DNA of 64,000 nt from positions 1,100,816-1,164,815 of the forward strand of contig MU004191.1 in the NCBI GenBank assembly GCA_010093605.1. The letters are read 5' to 3'. Shown here one piece after another: positions 13,441-27,894 of this stretch. Position 1 is the first letter of the stretch, and the number at the start of each line of letters is the position of its first letter. This DNA comes from Lophium mytilinum. Lineage: Eukaryota. The notes under the pieces were generated by a model that was not told where the DNA came from, did not search any database, and saw only the letters and a program-made list of their open reading frames with translations. Both the position numbers and the translations under genes were made by a program.

Positions 13441-14885
13441 TGTGAGTGTTGGCTTTGTGATGGCGGCTGGGGGAGGTGGTGGGGGGGTCCAATTTGTAGA
13501 TGAAGTTTGTCTGGTGATGGACTGACACAATGATGTTGAAGAGCTCCTAGAGGTCCCGTCCCGGCTTGCCCCGTGCGGAGAAGTACACGTGATATGGTAT
13601 ATGGAGTCACCCCCGCTGCAAAGATTAGATGAAGCTGTCGACGTCGGGTGATGGCCGGCGAGGGTTCGCCATAGGGGCTGCAGTGGGGAGATGCGAGCCA
13701 TGGATCTGGCGCTCATCGTGGTGCCCGACATTGAAGCTTGTCGTTGTGAAATGTTCAGATGTATGCCAAAGCACGTCACCGCCAGGTTCAGATGGACAAA
13801 TATAGAATACCACAACAGACAGCGGCCGTATGTAGCTATCAATTCGATAGATGATTCAGTATGGATATTCCCAGCTTCTGATTGCCACGTCTCCATGCCT
13901 GCCCCTCGGGCACCGGGCGCTGCTTCTTGCGTCCAACTTGTGAGGCGGCAGTCAAGGAAGACCCGGGCTGGGAAAGGGCTACGAAGGCAGTGGAAGCCTC
14001 AGGCCCGCCGGAAGGGTGCATGTAGCGCAGACGCCTATCCTACTAGGACACTCAGCTGTGGCATTCACAGGGAATCGGGACGGAGACGGTGTTCTAGTGA
14101 AGAAGTGTCAGGGCATCAAACGCGAAGCCTGGCCCGTCGTCCCTTCGCCGAGTCACCTGGCTGGCTGGGAGTGGCGGCTTGGCTGAAATCGAGGGCCGTC
14201 CACAGTGGGCCTTGGTTCCTTACCCACCACTCCCATTAACACTTCCACCATCAACACCGTTCAACACTCCCTCTCCACCAACCCTTCTCCCTCGTCCACG
14301 CCCGAGTCGCCTGCTGCCACACTGTAGCCCGTCTCTCCGACTGCGTCTTTGCACCATCACACTCCTGAACTGGATTCCCAAGGTAGGCCTGTGCCCTTTG
14401 CGATTGTGTCTTTCGTCATCCCCTCTCTGCACATACCCCCCAACAGCCTCAACGCCGCCCTGCGCCGCCAGCACCACAGAAGTCTGTTGGTGTCGCAGCC
14501 GCATTGCTCTGGCGGCACATAGCAGTCTGCCATTGGCACTGCCTCGCAAATCCGCCCTCCGCCGTCGCTCCGCTTGTTTGGACGCCTCAGGACCGGCTTC
14601 TTGCACCCTCGCCCGGGCGCGCAGCCAGCAACGCCGCCCGCGCCGTCCCAGATCAGGCGCCGCCGCTCAAGTCTCTACCTGTTCTCTACCGATTCTGGGT
14701 CAATCGGAACAGTTACGATCGAGTTCGCGGACATCTTGACGTGGACGCTCGATCTCCCCCTCATTCACCCAGCGAAGACTCTGGAGCGTCGGACCCGCAC
14801 AAGGCGACTCCTTCATTGAGCTTTCATTTGCGCCAACGCTTTGTATTTCTAGCAACCGCTGACCTCTTTAGATCACGTATTCACA

Positions 14886-15904
<1,019 letters not shown>

Positions 15905-16613
15905 ACGATGTTCTGAAGATGGGGGGAAGTATCCGGTGGCGAACGTGATTGGTGCATGGTCGGTTGCATTTGGGTTTACAGGCAAAGACCAACTGTTCAA
16001 CCGCAAGGAACGAAGCCTCGGATTGCTCGTGCTACTGCTGCTCTTCTGCACTCTACTACCAAAGCCTTTTTAGAGAGAATCCTCTTTTACTCGAATCCTG
16101 TTTTCTTGCTTCTTCTCCTGTCTCTTGCATCCGATCTCCTTTTTGAGCTTCAACCCAGACGGCTTTGAACAGCTTTAGGGGTTCGGTGTAGTCTGTTTCT
16201 GAGAACTGACTGGGAAGGAAAGGAGAAGGGCGATTATGGAAATGAAATGGAAAAATTCTATTTGAGAGCCTTCGGAGTATGGAATTTTTCTTGCTGATGT
16301 GATGAAGGTGCCTTGTTTGTTCCATGAGTTGGACTGATAGAATGTGAGTTGAGCATGATAATTGCATGCAAGCGGACGGAGGCTAACGATCGAATCTTAA
16401 AAGCCAGATCCCGTCCATGGCTATATTGGGAAGGGTACCACCGGTACGATGGCAACCACGCAGCACCCCACAGTGAAAATATAAATCTGTCCGACAACCT
16501 TGAGTTTCACCAACTCACGCCGAAATCAACAGCTCATCTCACAGACTTCGCAATAGCCACACAGGTGCGGACTCAAGGTTGATCAAGTAATGTCTTCTCC
16601 CTTTAGCTAAAAA

Positions 16614-17706
16614 ATGTCTCGCCTACTGAAGCTACCCCGCGAACTCCGCATCCTCATCATCAAATCCGTCATCACATCTTCCTCACCTCCTGTCAATGCG
16701 CTATGGCCTTGGGTGGTTGACAAAGTAAACGGATTCACCACAGCGCTGCATCCGCGTATACCTCGATACCTGATGCTATTGGTTGATCCACCCCAACGCT
16801 TTATTACCAGCTGTAGCGGCGTGCTGTAGTCGAGCTGGCAACTTCACAAGGAAACCCTGGAAGCGTTGGACAGGACTGGTCGCAATTTCTCCCTGGAAAT
16901 CCAGTTCATGAATGAGCAGGTGTTCTGGCTAAGGTGGACAATGATCCCAGCGGTAGTATCCCAAGTCGATACTTTTACGACGACCATCCACCAGGTGAAG
17001 ACTGAGGCTTGTCAAGGGGGATGGATGGGGTTTCCTTGCCGCGTCCCGGCTTCTTGCTTCTTCTCAACGCTAGATCACTTCTTGAAGTTCGGGCCTGTTC
17101 ATCGTGGCCACATCGGTGAACAAAAGCGCAAACATAAGTGGCTGTTATGGAAGACGACAGACTTGCTTAGAGTTTCCCACAAAAGTCAACATCGTTCAGC
17201 CCGCTCAAGTCACCATCAAAACCGCCGTATACGATATTCAAACCCCCAAGAATCTGCCAGAAGGAACAGTGATAGCGCCAGAAGCCTTTGGATGGGCCTT
17301 CCAACTTGGTCAGGTCCCGGAGAGCCACGATCCGAACAAGCGGTATCTGATACATCCGAAGGCTTTTGGTGATTACCTTTTTATGCATATAAATCAGTTT
17401 GTCCTTGATTTGGATTCCGTTGTGCGCGTGGCTTTTTGCACACCACCATCTTTGGACCCGTACGTGGCTTCGATGGGCGCAACGCTGTTCGAAAGTGTCG
17501 GAACTATCAAATTCACCGTCGACGGCGAGCTGTACAGGGAGGTGGATCTTGCTGCAAAACTGGCGGCTCTACCACCGGATGGGCCGCCGAGGCTGTTCAG
17601 CGCTGGGAATTCACCTGGCTTTAAAGTATGGCGCGAGAAGACGTACAAGGGGAGAGAGGATGCAGGGCTAAAGGTGGTGAGACATGATGCCACACAAGAG
17701 GGTTGA
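16614..17706 (+). pseudogene. F-box-like hypothetical protein interrupted by an in-frame TAG (probable recent pseudogene)
   Basis: N-terminus MSRLLKLPRELRILII is F-box-like; ORFs 16614 and 16866 share a frame, separated by TAG 16827-16829; a weak putative intron 17116-17170 (55 nt) restores frame into the 17104-17706 ORF. Confidence 0.6.
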
Positions 17707-19636
17707 GGGCCTGCAGCATCAATGATCAAAGGATCTGACGCCACCTTGCCGATATAATACCAACGCACATCGAGGTTATGCGTAGCTCTCTACAGAGACA
17801 CCGTCTCAACCTCCCATACTCTATAACTCATAGCTGACATCCCCTTTTTTATCCCTGCTGCCTTACCCATCCGCCCCCCCTCAACCCCCACAACCTCAGA
17901 TACTCGAAACATGAACGGAAAGCTCCAATCACCACCTGTATTACAGGAAGAGTTCAGAATAGCCAATAGCTACCACAGATTTACCTTGCAGGCCAAAGAT
18001 CCGGGATCCCCTTGTTCCTACAACTCTCCAATTTTCTTTTATATCGCTTTACGTCACCCTATCTAGTACCTTCCCATCTTGAAAAGCAGACAGAGTCCGA
18101 CCATTACGAACCAAAGCGCTCCTTCATCAATGCTTGTCCCATCCCCCACGCTACCCATGTTCCAAAAGCATGATATATCCAGAGCCTGTCACAAAAATGT
18201 TAAAAAGTCTCGTCTAATCGCACGGGCTAACTTCCGCGCATGCTACCCACCTCAACTTCCTTGAATTCTCCTGACCGCAAAGGCCTGATATAGAGTGCAC
18301 GCCAACGCCATGCCAGAATTGACTCCAAATCGCACGTGATCAGCTCTCGTTCATGACTTTCACACTCCTCTGGTTTACATAGAGGCTAAAGCAGAATCTA
18401 GCATATTAAGCATCTAGCATGCAAGATGATTCCCAGTCAAGTCGTCTCATCGATATGAACCTAAACTGCACACTGGAGATGTCGCCCTACTTTCTGAGAC
18501 CTGGCCTAGGGTGTTCTGGATTAGCACGCCAACATCCAGTTCAGTCGTTCAGTCCACATCGCACGGACTCCCGGCGTTATACCTAAAATTACTTACTTGA
18601 ACTTTCGCCTGCGTTAGGGCGTCACGCAATTGACATCGCGGAAGCAAGTCAGGGGTCTTTCCAGATGCCCCAAGTAGGCGAAGTAACTCCCTCACTCCCC
18701 CTCTGTTACTTTCCAACTACACGACGTCTCACTTATCTCTTCATGATTGAGACCTCCCCGGTTCCCTAATGCTGTCATCACCCATCACAAACACACGCAG
18801 CAGACAGATTATATTTGAATTTCTTTCCATTCATATGCTTAAGCTTTTGCCACGCCAACAGACCGAACCGCGCGATTCTTCGTTGCGTGAATATGGTGTC
18901 AGACACTCCCCCTCCCTCTCTTTCTCTCACACACAGATGCAAAGCAGCTTTGCCGCCGCATGCACAGCGAGTGATTCCGACACATGTCGCTCAAAAAAAG
19001 CCCCATGCACTTTGAACCCAGTGACAACGCAAAGTAAGTAAAACCCAAAAATGCCCAAGTTCCGCAGCACCATGAAACACCGATGCCAATGAGCCCAAGC
19101 AACAAGAGATAGAAAAGGAACAGCGAGGAAAACCGAAAAACAAGGCTGCCGGCCTTGAAGACGCCGGTGCCCCAGTGGGAAAAACTGCTGGCCCGAATTA
19201 GGTAAGTGGGCGGTGATGAAGTGAATAGGTAGAATGTAGCCGATATCTATGTGGTATTTTATGCCTCGGCCGAGGTGGGACCGTAGGTGATCTGCTACGT
19301 GAAAGTGAAAAAGTAGTATGGGAATAAAAGTTGGCGTGGAGAATAAAATGGTAATGGTGGTGTCGGTATTCGAAATGAAGGATGATGACGAGAAAGGTAA
19401 GTAAGTCGCGACCGTTATGTGGCCAGGAAGACAGAAGGTCCACGGCGATGCAATAGGCAGAGTGGACCAATGAACGCCGTAACGCAAGGCCACCATGCAC
19501 CGCTTCGTAAACGCTGTCAATTCATTGATGTTTTTGTTGCTTGGGTGTTCAGGATGATGGGGAGAGATCGTCCTAGGATAGTTGGTGTCGAGAGGTGAGC
19601 TTCAGGGGCGATATCCGAGGCGGCGAGGCCATGCAG

Positions 19637-20390
19637 TCATTTCGCACCAATGCGGCCTTTTCCTTTGCCTTTGCTTTTGGCAGCTCCGGTCGATGTGATC
19701 TTGCTTGTCTGCATGAGCTCTCCGATATATCTGGGCACGTGGTCAGTTTGGCAATCCTAAGGGTGAGACGGAAATGCAAGTCTTACGATTGTAGGAATTT
19801 ATTGCCGCCTTCCAACTTCTCGTGTTCAGACCGGACAACCTCGACACGGTCTACGATCTCGAGCAGGCTGGCTTGGAGAGCCTTGGCTTGTCTGAAGAGC
19901 GTTAGTGATGACTGTGCATGTTAGGGTCCGCGGTGGCGTTTCAGGCGTCAGGGGTCACAGTCTTTCCACAATGACGCAGATGCTCCGGCGACGCTTGCTG
20001 AGATGCGATGCCCGAGGCTACTGGGGATGGGAGTGATGAGAATGATGGAAATGGCGGTACTCACTCAATCAAGGCCTGTCGAGCCTCCTGGCCCATCTTC
20101 TCAATCTCCTCGCTACTCCTTCGCGGGCTCATTGTCCGCGCATCACTCTCGTCGTACTCCTCCTCTTTAAGCTCGACGTGCGGGCTGTCGCGCGGTATTA
20201 TGATGGTGCCACTGGACTTTCTGCTGCCCAGCTTCGGCCGCTGTAGTTTCGACGAGTCTGACCGGGCGTCATTGTCCAGAGACGACGCGGTTGAAGATGA
20301 CGAGCTCATGTCCTCGTCGGGGTTGTGGACGAGGTGGACGGCTGGCGAGGCCATAGGAGGGACAGCGGCCGAAATTTGTTCTTGGGCCAT
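19637..20390 (-). CDS. Short coiled-coil protein (SCOC/Slo1-like, DUF2205)
   Basis: Introns 19892-20064 and 19731-19786 give ...QAKALQASLLEIVDRVEVVRSEHEKLEGGNKFLQSYIGELMQTSK, matching the SCOC coiled-coil pattern (RVxxVKxExxKLxxxNxxLxxYIxxLM). Confidence 0.8.
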
Positions 20391-22807
20391 GGCTGGCTGG
20401 ATATGTGGGAGTAACACTAGTGGGAGGAGCTGCCGCGAGGGTTCCGGTGTGCACTCTCAATGAGGGCGCCGTTGTCTGCACGGGTTGTGTCGCAGTGCTA
20501 CCAATGTCTAAGTCGGCCAGCGTTGTCGGTGGTCCTGTGCGTCTTGGTGACCGAGGCGGTGCAGCTTGGATGTGTGAGGTACTTCAGACTGCTGCGCGGG
20601 TCGTGGCCGTCGGGAGTCGAGGAGAGGCGTGTGGTCGGTGTGGTGAGAGGCGGCGTGGTGTTGAGGATGGACGCCAAGGTTGTGCCTGGTGGTGGTGTCT
20701 GTGGTGCAGCTGCAGGAAAGCAGAGCAGTCGAGGGTGTGGTATAGAGGGCGGGAGGGTAGTGGACGGGAGGCAGTTGGGAGGGGGCTAGCGATGGCGTAG
20801 TGGCGGCGCTACTGTGGGTGTGGACCCTGAAGAAGAAACACTGGGTTCGGAGGCTGGTTGTGCGTGCACAGCGTCAGAAGTCGGGGCAGGGAGTGCGAAT
20901 TTGGGGGAGCACGCTGGGGTGATGACAGGCTCGGCGAGCGAGAGCGGGACCGGCGCCGGATGCAGTTGGAAGCAGCCGTTTCGGCGGTCAAAGGCGGCGG
21001 GGGCCTTGGGGGGCACGAGGGTTGCAGCGGAGCTTTTGCCTGGCGAGCGCCTCCCGTTGGTGTCAGCGTTGCGGCGAGTGGCAGGCGAGTGGCAGGTTTT
21101 GTTCATGGGAAGATGACGATCTCCAGCTGCTCCACCGCGCAAGAGCTCAGCGCACTGCTTGGCTTCAGGGCCCCATCTCTTCGGCACACGGAACCGCCCG
21201 TGCGTCCAGCGTCGTGCAGCCGTTGTGCGGTCAAGCTCGCAGAAGAGCCACGAACTTCGCGACTCTCTCGCGCTGCGCGGTTGGTGTTGAGGCTTTCCCG
21301 CATCCTCAGGCTGCATCGGGCGCCGTTGAGGCGGAATCGGGCTTGTCTGGGCGTCGGGAAAAGCGTCAAGCCACCACCGACGAATGCTGGGCTTGAGAGG
21401 GGACTGGATCGGCGGGTGCCATGATGTAATGCCTGTGGTGCGACATCAAGGGCGCTGTCCCTGTGCGCAGACCGGGGCCCTCCGCGCATCACTGCCCCAA
21501 ACATCCTCACATTCTGGTGCCAAGTCCCCTATTGCTGCCAGACGCAGGGCAAATTTCGGCAATCTCCCCACGATGCCGTCATCGAGTCGGCCGCCTTCCC
21601 CGTTGCTGCGCTCCACTCTCACCCTACCAATTGCCTCACCGAATCTGACTCTCCACACTGTCTCTGTTGCGACTCTGTTCGCTGACCATCACCACTCCCC
21701 GCCCGCCCTGCAGCAGCTCAAAGGTCAGCTTCAAGCGCCCCCGAGGATAAATCCTGCGCCGCTGCCACTGCCCATTCGCATGCCTCCCATGCTGCTCTTT
21801 TGCAACCTCAACTTCGCTATCACCACACAGCCCCGCAGCCGTCTCAGCTCCCCCTCTAAGCCCTCTTCACTCACAGGCCGAACATGTTAGATCTTCATAC
21901 ATGAATGTACCTACGTCAGCGTCTGGGCAGAAAACAAGGCTGCTGTAAAGGACAGCACGACTCGCCGTGCCTTGTGCTCGCCGCCTTCTGCCGTCACCGC
22001 TGTGTCGGCTGGGGCCAAAAGAAGAGGCACCACTCAACACACCACCTGCGCTTTACGACGCAGCAGATCAGATCCCCGTCCATCCCAGTCGATCTTTACG
22101 CCTTCCAACCGGTCACACGGGACTCAAACGTCGTCGGAAGCATGGATGCTACGTTTGATCGCCGCCCAAAGCAAAGCAAACACCACCAGTCACGGGCCGC
22201 ACGAGCGTCCTCTCTCTCTGATTGCTCTCCTGGGCATCCCATCCGCATCCCCGCTGCTCTAAAGGCAAGTCACCTACAGACTGTGGGGGTGTTTTCGAGC
22301 ACGTATCTTCTTCGCTATCACACGGCACTACCATTTGAATGCTTTTCCAAAAATAGGCATCTTGGTCATCACGATAGGAGGCACGAAGTAGGTGTGTATT
22401 CTGAGGCAATCAGGTCAAAAGAAGTGTCAGACTGTAGGTATGACCACGGTCAAGACAGGTTTTCGTTCGCTGTTGCTCGCCCAACTCTGTGTCATCTTTT
22501 CCCTTCTACTGGCACGGCCATGAAGCGGTCAGGCTCTGATACCCGACGATCTGTCCATATCTCTTCACTCCCCACCTCTGTCCTCGCGTGCATGCGCTGG
22601 TGTGGATTACTAGAGAGTCAGGATCGTGCAACCCGAATGAGGACTGGTCTTTGATGATCATCCGGAACGAAGCGGTTGAATCCGATGCCCCCTCACTGCC
22701 ATCTGGCGGAGGTACCTCCGTCTAGGTATAGTTGGGGAACTAACAGATACGTGCAGGTACCCTCCCCAACGAATAAGGCGATAAGCTGCATACAAAGTCT
22801 TAGTAGG

Positions 22808-22901
22808 TACTTCAGTAGGTTAGTTTCAAGCTTAGAACAGGAGAACCCCCTTGCCCTATCAGATACTCCAGTAGGTTAGTCTCAAGCACAGAATAGGAGA
22901 A
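22808..22901. repeat. Imperfect 38-bp direct repeat, 56-bp period
   Basis: tacttcagtaggttagtttcaagcttagaacaggagaa (22808-22845) vs tactccagtaggttagtctcaagcacagaataggagaa (22864-22901); differences are mostly C/T. Confidence 0.8.
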
Positions 22902-24788
22902 TTCCTTTATCCAAGCACATTCGAGACTCACTCCAAAGAAAAATAGATAGACGCTGTGCACTTAACTATGCAGTCCTCAACTCAAATGTAAACTTGGCAT
23001 CATAGGCCTCACCCCTATGATCATCATCGCCAGTCGATACGTGCTATTTCACAAGTTTTTCAATCCGCACACATCTGAAAACGAGATCAACCTGATGCTA
23101 ACTTACAGTTACTGGACGGTGTTTCCTCTTACATTGCCGGACCACCACACCTCTCCTATATTGACGCCAAAGCCCAGCTGATAATGTCCCGCATAGCTAG
23201 GACCAACCATCTCAATAAAGGCGTTGCCAGCCTTGGTGTACCACCAGACATTCTTTCAACCCCCGGACTCTCACTTCAGCTCAGCTGTAGAAAACGCAAG
23301 ATCTTCAAATTTACAACTCAATGTCTCTCTGCCACTTTACCCACGATCTCTCAAACACCGCCAGAATGCACAAGAAACGAGATTCATAACGCTCACCAAA
23401 GACCGTCCTGAGAACAAGACCTTGGTTTCATCAGCTTCGGGATGATGCGTACTGGAGGATCAGGTTCAGTCGCAAGCACGGGATAGAAGAGATTAGGGCG
23501 GTAGATGGAGAATGGGGAGTGGACAATGATCACAGCATCCGATATTATCGAGGCTCGAAATAGTGTTATTATGCGAAGCAGCCAGCTCTGCCTTTGGAAC
23601 TCTTACCAACGCTCGAAAGTGAGGCTCAGCCCTAGAATCAACAACTAGAATATCAGATAATACAGCAGCTGAAAGCATCGAGGTTGGCCATTTATTGAAA
23701 ACGGTGCTAGGTCACTCAAACCAGTATCGAAATGCTGAACGAACGGCTACGAAAGCAATCCATCATGACGCTATGTTTTCTCTATACCGGCTGAGTATTA
23801 CTGGGACGAGATCTCCTTCTAGCCTGCACACAAGGTCCTACGACCCACACTTCGTCTCCGTCCTAGATGCCGGAGTCTTCACGGTCCTTCCTAGATCTCC
23901 ACTAGAGACGACGACGTGGTGGACGATGAGGTCGATACGGCATCTAACTGTGTAAGTAAGGGGTCTAATAGCAGCTAGAATCTTCCAGCGTGTGGGTTTC
24001 ATAGCTTCGAAGAGCCGGGACAACCTCTCTTTGCAGGGTTCCAGAGTGCGATTTCCCCTATACACGACTCGCACCACGAACGCAGCGGAAACCTCTGCCA
24101 ACGATAACCCCAAAGATGACGATGGATTCACCAGAGATGCGCACGTGCTTTCGTGCAGCAGCTCCGGGTCTTCAGACTACTTCACCTAACGCCTGAAGCT
24201 GACGCCCACTGCTGACAGTCCTCGGATTTTTCGTAAGAAGTTTCCACATCACGGCCTCGACTCGGGAGACAGTGGGTGTCGACTTCGCGCCTCAGTAAAG
24301 TACCTTTGACATCTGCGCCTTCGGAGTACGATTCCACCAGACCTGCATGTTCGCAAACCGATGGGTTTCAGGATCTTACCCATGTCTTTATTCGGGTCGT
24401 TCTATCCATTTCAATGAGCTAGCAGTACGACTACCGCGGGACGGCTGGTGTCAGGGGCGCTTTCTGCGGGGTTTACGGCATGGAAGGGCCGATTTGTAGA
24501 TAAGACCAGAGCACAGCAAGGGTAGAGGAAGAGCGCTCAGGAGGTACCGACTGATAGTGCGGCTGGGCCTTAACACCCTGCGCGCTTTCTTCTATGACTC
24601 AGATTATACTAGAAGATGTAACCGATCATAACGCGTTCTAGGTTTCTGGATATTGGGCACGGAGTGAAGGTACTGGGGAAAGTGAGCCGGCTTCGTAGCT
24701 ATTTGGTAGTAGTAGTATTGGAAGAAGGCGTATTGGAATGGGCCGTTGCGGTCCTGGTTCTGGAAGCAGAGAGAACTTAGGGTTTGTT

Positions 24789-25060
24789 GGGAGTAATGGG
24801 AGTAATGGGAGTAATGGGAGTAATGGGAGTAATGGGAGTAATNNNNNNNNNNNNNNNNNNNNNNNNNNNNNNNNNNNNNNNNNNNNNNNNNNNNNNNGGA
24901 GTAATGGGAGTAATGGGAGTAATGGGAGTAATGGGAGTAATGGGAGTAATGGGAGTAATGGGAGTAATGGGAGTAATGGGAGTAAAAGCAGTAAATACAG
25001 TAATGGGAGTAATGGGAGTAAAAGCAGTAAATACAGTAAAGGGAGTAAAGGGAGTAATGG
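24789..25060 (+). repeat. (GGGAGTAAT)n 9-bp minisatellite with degenerate 3' end; spans an assembly gap
   Basis: Perfect units on both sides of the N run 24843-24897; degenerate units AAAGCAGTAAATACAGTAA at the 3' end. Confidence 0.95.
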
Positions 25061-26513
25061 CAGATAGAGTAACAGTAACATACTAAGGTTTCGAGGGGAT
25101 GTAAGTTGAGGGTAGGCTTCCCTTACCTTTAAGAAAAGTAGCAATAATTTTGACTAAGAAGATGTGATTCCAGGAAGACCTGTAGGTGTGGAGGCTTGTA
25201 TGGAAGCTCTACGGTAGGCTTGTTTTAAGTTTATTAGAAGAAGTAATAACTTGCTACGTATTTGTGCAGATCTTAGTGAAGCTCTATATGATTCATATAA
25301 AGGGTCCTTTCAGGTACATGTACATGCTCTTCAGATATGTTTATGTGCGTTTCTTTTGGGTGAAGAATAACGTGAAGCCATGCTGAGAGGACTTCAGAAG
25401 GTGGCGCCGTGATGCGCGGAGGGGTCGTTCTAGTCGTGGACGATCACTATCATTGGGTCACGTAGCATTCAAGCTGGCTTCCACACCTCTAGTACAGCGA
25501 GTCTTGAGCAGGGCTTCAAGTTTAGTTGGAGCATCGCCAAAGAAGTGGCACTTTGGACTCTCGGTACACCACTCAGAGCAGTAATAGTACAGAGTCCGGA
25601 AATGACTGGGTTTATTATCTTCATTCCGATTTCACGCTTTCTGCGAATTGGATCCAGATTGTGGTGAGAAACTCATATAAAGGCATGCGATCCGAAAGTT
25701 TCTCCTGGTGATGGTAAGAACACGCAAGGTAAATACACCATTGTGTAGGTCGGATATGGAAAGACATCGTTGCGGTTTGGCAGGGAGTTGACACCGTGAA
25801 GTCGACGAGAGTTTCTTCTACATTTCAACAAGAAATATGCTTAGGTTGAGAGATACATGAATACCAACCTTGACACCCCTTCTCAGAAGAAGAACTATAC
25901 CCGTTGACACTTCAATCCGTGAGTGAAATCAACGCACACGATATTTGACCGAAGGCTCTTCCCTCGGCTGGCTACGGCGGAAGCTCAATGGTGATGGCCA
26001 AGGTAAAAGGAGGCATGAAGTAGGCAGAATGTGAAGCAAAGGAAATACATATATACCTAGTGCATAGGATGGATGACTGTAAAGTCTATGTCCTGAAAGC
26101 CGATGTCTTTCATCTGAAGCTGGAGCGCTGGAAATTTATCCTCAATTAGCACCATGACCTGAGCAAGAAGGTCCGTGTAACTAGTTACAAACAATCTAAA
26201 CTTGGTATTCAAGCCAAAGTGGAAGAAGCGCTCCTCTCCATGCAATCCCATAGAGACTTGGATGCTAGTGATAGTTTTGTCGTAGTGTACGGAGAGTAAA
26301 CTGGTTGCGGACGACCCCTGGAAGAACCTCGCCGCTATGACCCTCCAGGCTGGGGACCCTTGGACCCTTTCGGGAGCCCTGCAGCTGTTTGTGTGCAGGT
26401 GTTCGCGGCGTTAAGTTGCACCCAATCAGCGTCGTTCATATGTACGACAAGGGCGCTTAGTACGCCAGCGGCCAGCGTTTATGCACGCAGACTTGAAACG
26501 CTCTATTTAAATC

Positions 26514-26525
26514 TGCGGCACAGCA
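26514..26525 (+). promoter_or_regulatory. Cluster-shared 12-mer TGCGGCACAGCA, copy 1 (upstream of GT25-a)
   Basis: Exact match just after TATA-like TATTTAAA (26504-26511); identical copies at 29532, 30530 (reverse) and 35018. Confidence 0.6.
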
Positions 26526-26590
26526 CATGGCAGTCTCCGGGCGGTTTCTGTTCTCAGCGGCGGTACGGTAATGTCACTTCTTAACGATAT

Positions 26591-27894
26591 ATGATGGCCT
26601 GGCGCCTGGCACAGCGTCTGTTCCAGTTGAGTGGTGTGAGGATTATGTCGACGATGCATTCGAAAGGTGTACCTGAGGTGCGCCTTACTGCTAAACACAT
26701 TCGCTATGGTTCATTTGCTCTTTTCATCGTCTTCGTCTGCAGTCTAGGCCTCTGGTCTGATTCTATTCTATTTCCACTACATAAACTCGCTCCTATTGCT
26801 GCCAGCCTCGAGCTCCCAGCCAACTCTACACTCGGCTTCGGCGCTTTACTCGCTGTCTCACCAGCAACCTCCCCACGCCGTCATGGTCTTATACAAGCGG
26901 CAAACGTCACGGACATGCAGATCACTTTCCCTGAGTTGCCGATCTGGACGGATGAAGATGAGCAGAACTTCAGGGCTCCAACTGGTGTTGGAGAATCGAG
27001 TCTTACGAAAGGCATGGTGTTTGCGTGGCTGAGCCATCTACATGTGCTGAGATGGTAGGTGGTTTTCTCCTTGCCTGACCATAATCGCTCACAGTATTTA
27101 GGTTTTTGGAGTCTGGCCTAGAGACTGCTCTTATCATGGAAGATGATATGGACTGGGACATACATCTCCGGACCCTTCAGGTTCCCCGAGTCGCCGCGTC
27201 GATCCGTTCGCTATTTAATCAAACCAAGGATCCATCCCTTTACTACTACGGCGACCTCAATCGATGGGACATGATTTACCTTGGACATTTCGACCGCTGG
27301 AGCTGGCTAGGAACAGATATTGGTGTTGGCGTCCTGGTCCCATCAAATCTCACAGACCACCCACACCGATTCATCCCAGATGACACCATGCCGCCGCGTT
27401 ACGACATGCATCCAGAAATGGCATCTGTCCTTACAGCTCTGGACGTGCCCCCAAACACCCGGATCCTGCATCCCTCCAAGTTCCCCTTCGGTAGTTGGGC
27501 ATATGCTGTCACCCGAGAATCCGCGGCTCGAATTCTCTCAGATGATGTGGCAAGCGCGGCAGCCCCAAAATGGGCATCAATGGACTCGCTGGACAATGCT
27601 TTGTCACGGGCTTGTGGGGGCGGAGCGCTGCGATGCTATACCGTCAACCCCGAAATCTTCCATCACCTAGAGGGTCCGAAGAACTCCCTGATCGACTACA
27701 ATTATGATCGTACGGAGAAGTCCAAGGCTGTGATCAACCAAAGGCTTCGTACAGGGGAGACAGATCACATTCGGTGTGGATTCGCAAGTGGGCATTTTGA
27801 GTATGGTAATGATACGAAGTTCTTGAAGTACCTCCGAACGGAGGTGGGAAGGAAAGGAAGGTGTTTGAAGCCTGGTCGTGAAGCTCCTAAATGA
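26591..27894 (+). CDS. Glycosyltransferase family 25-like (GT25-a), type II membrane protein
   Basis: N-terminal TM helix (FALFIVFVCSLGLW), PANSTLGFGALLAVS, WLSHLHVLRW, ALIMEDDMDWD (DXD), AYAVT, VNPEIFHH; intron 27055-27101. Start may be 26591, 26645 or 26654. Confidence 0.88.

Noticed and set aside
24638..25144. Leu-Pro, GSN and GVM repeat ORFs
   Set aside because: Translations of the 9-bp minisatellite across an N gap, with no flanking protein-like sequence
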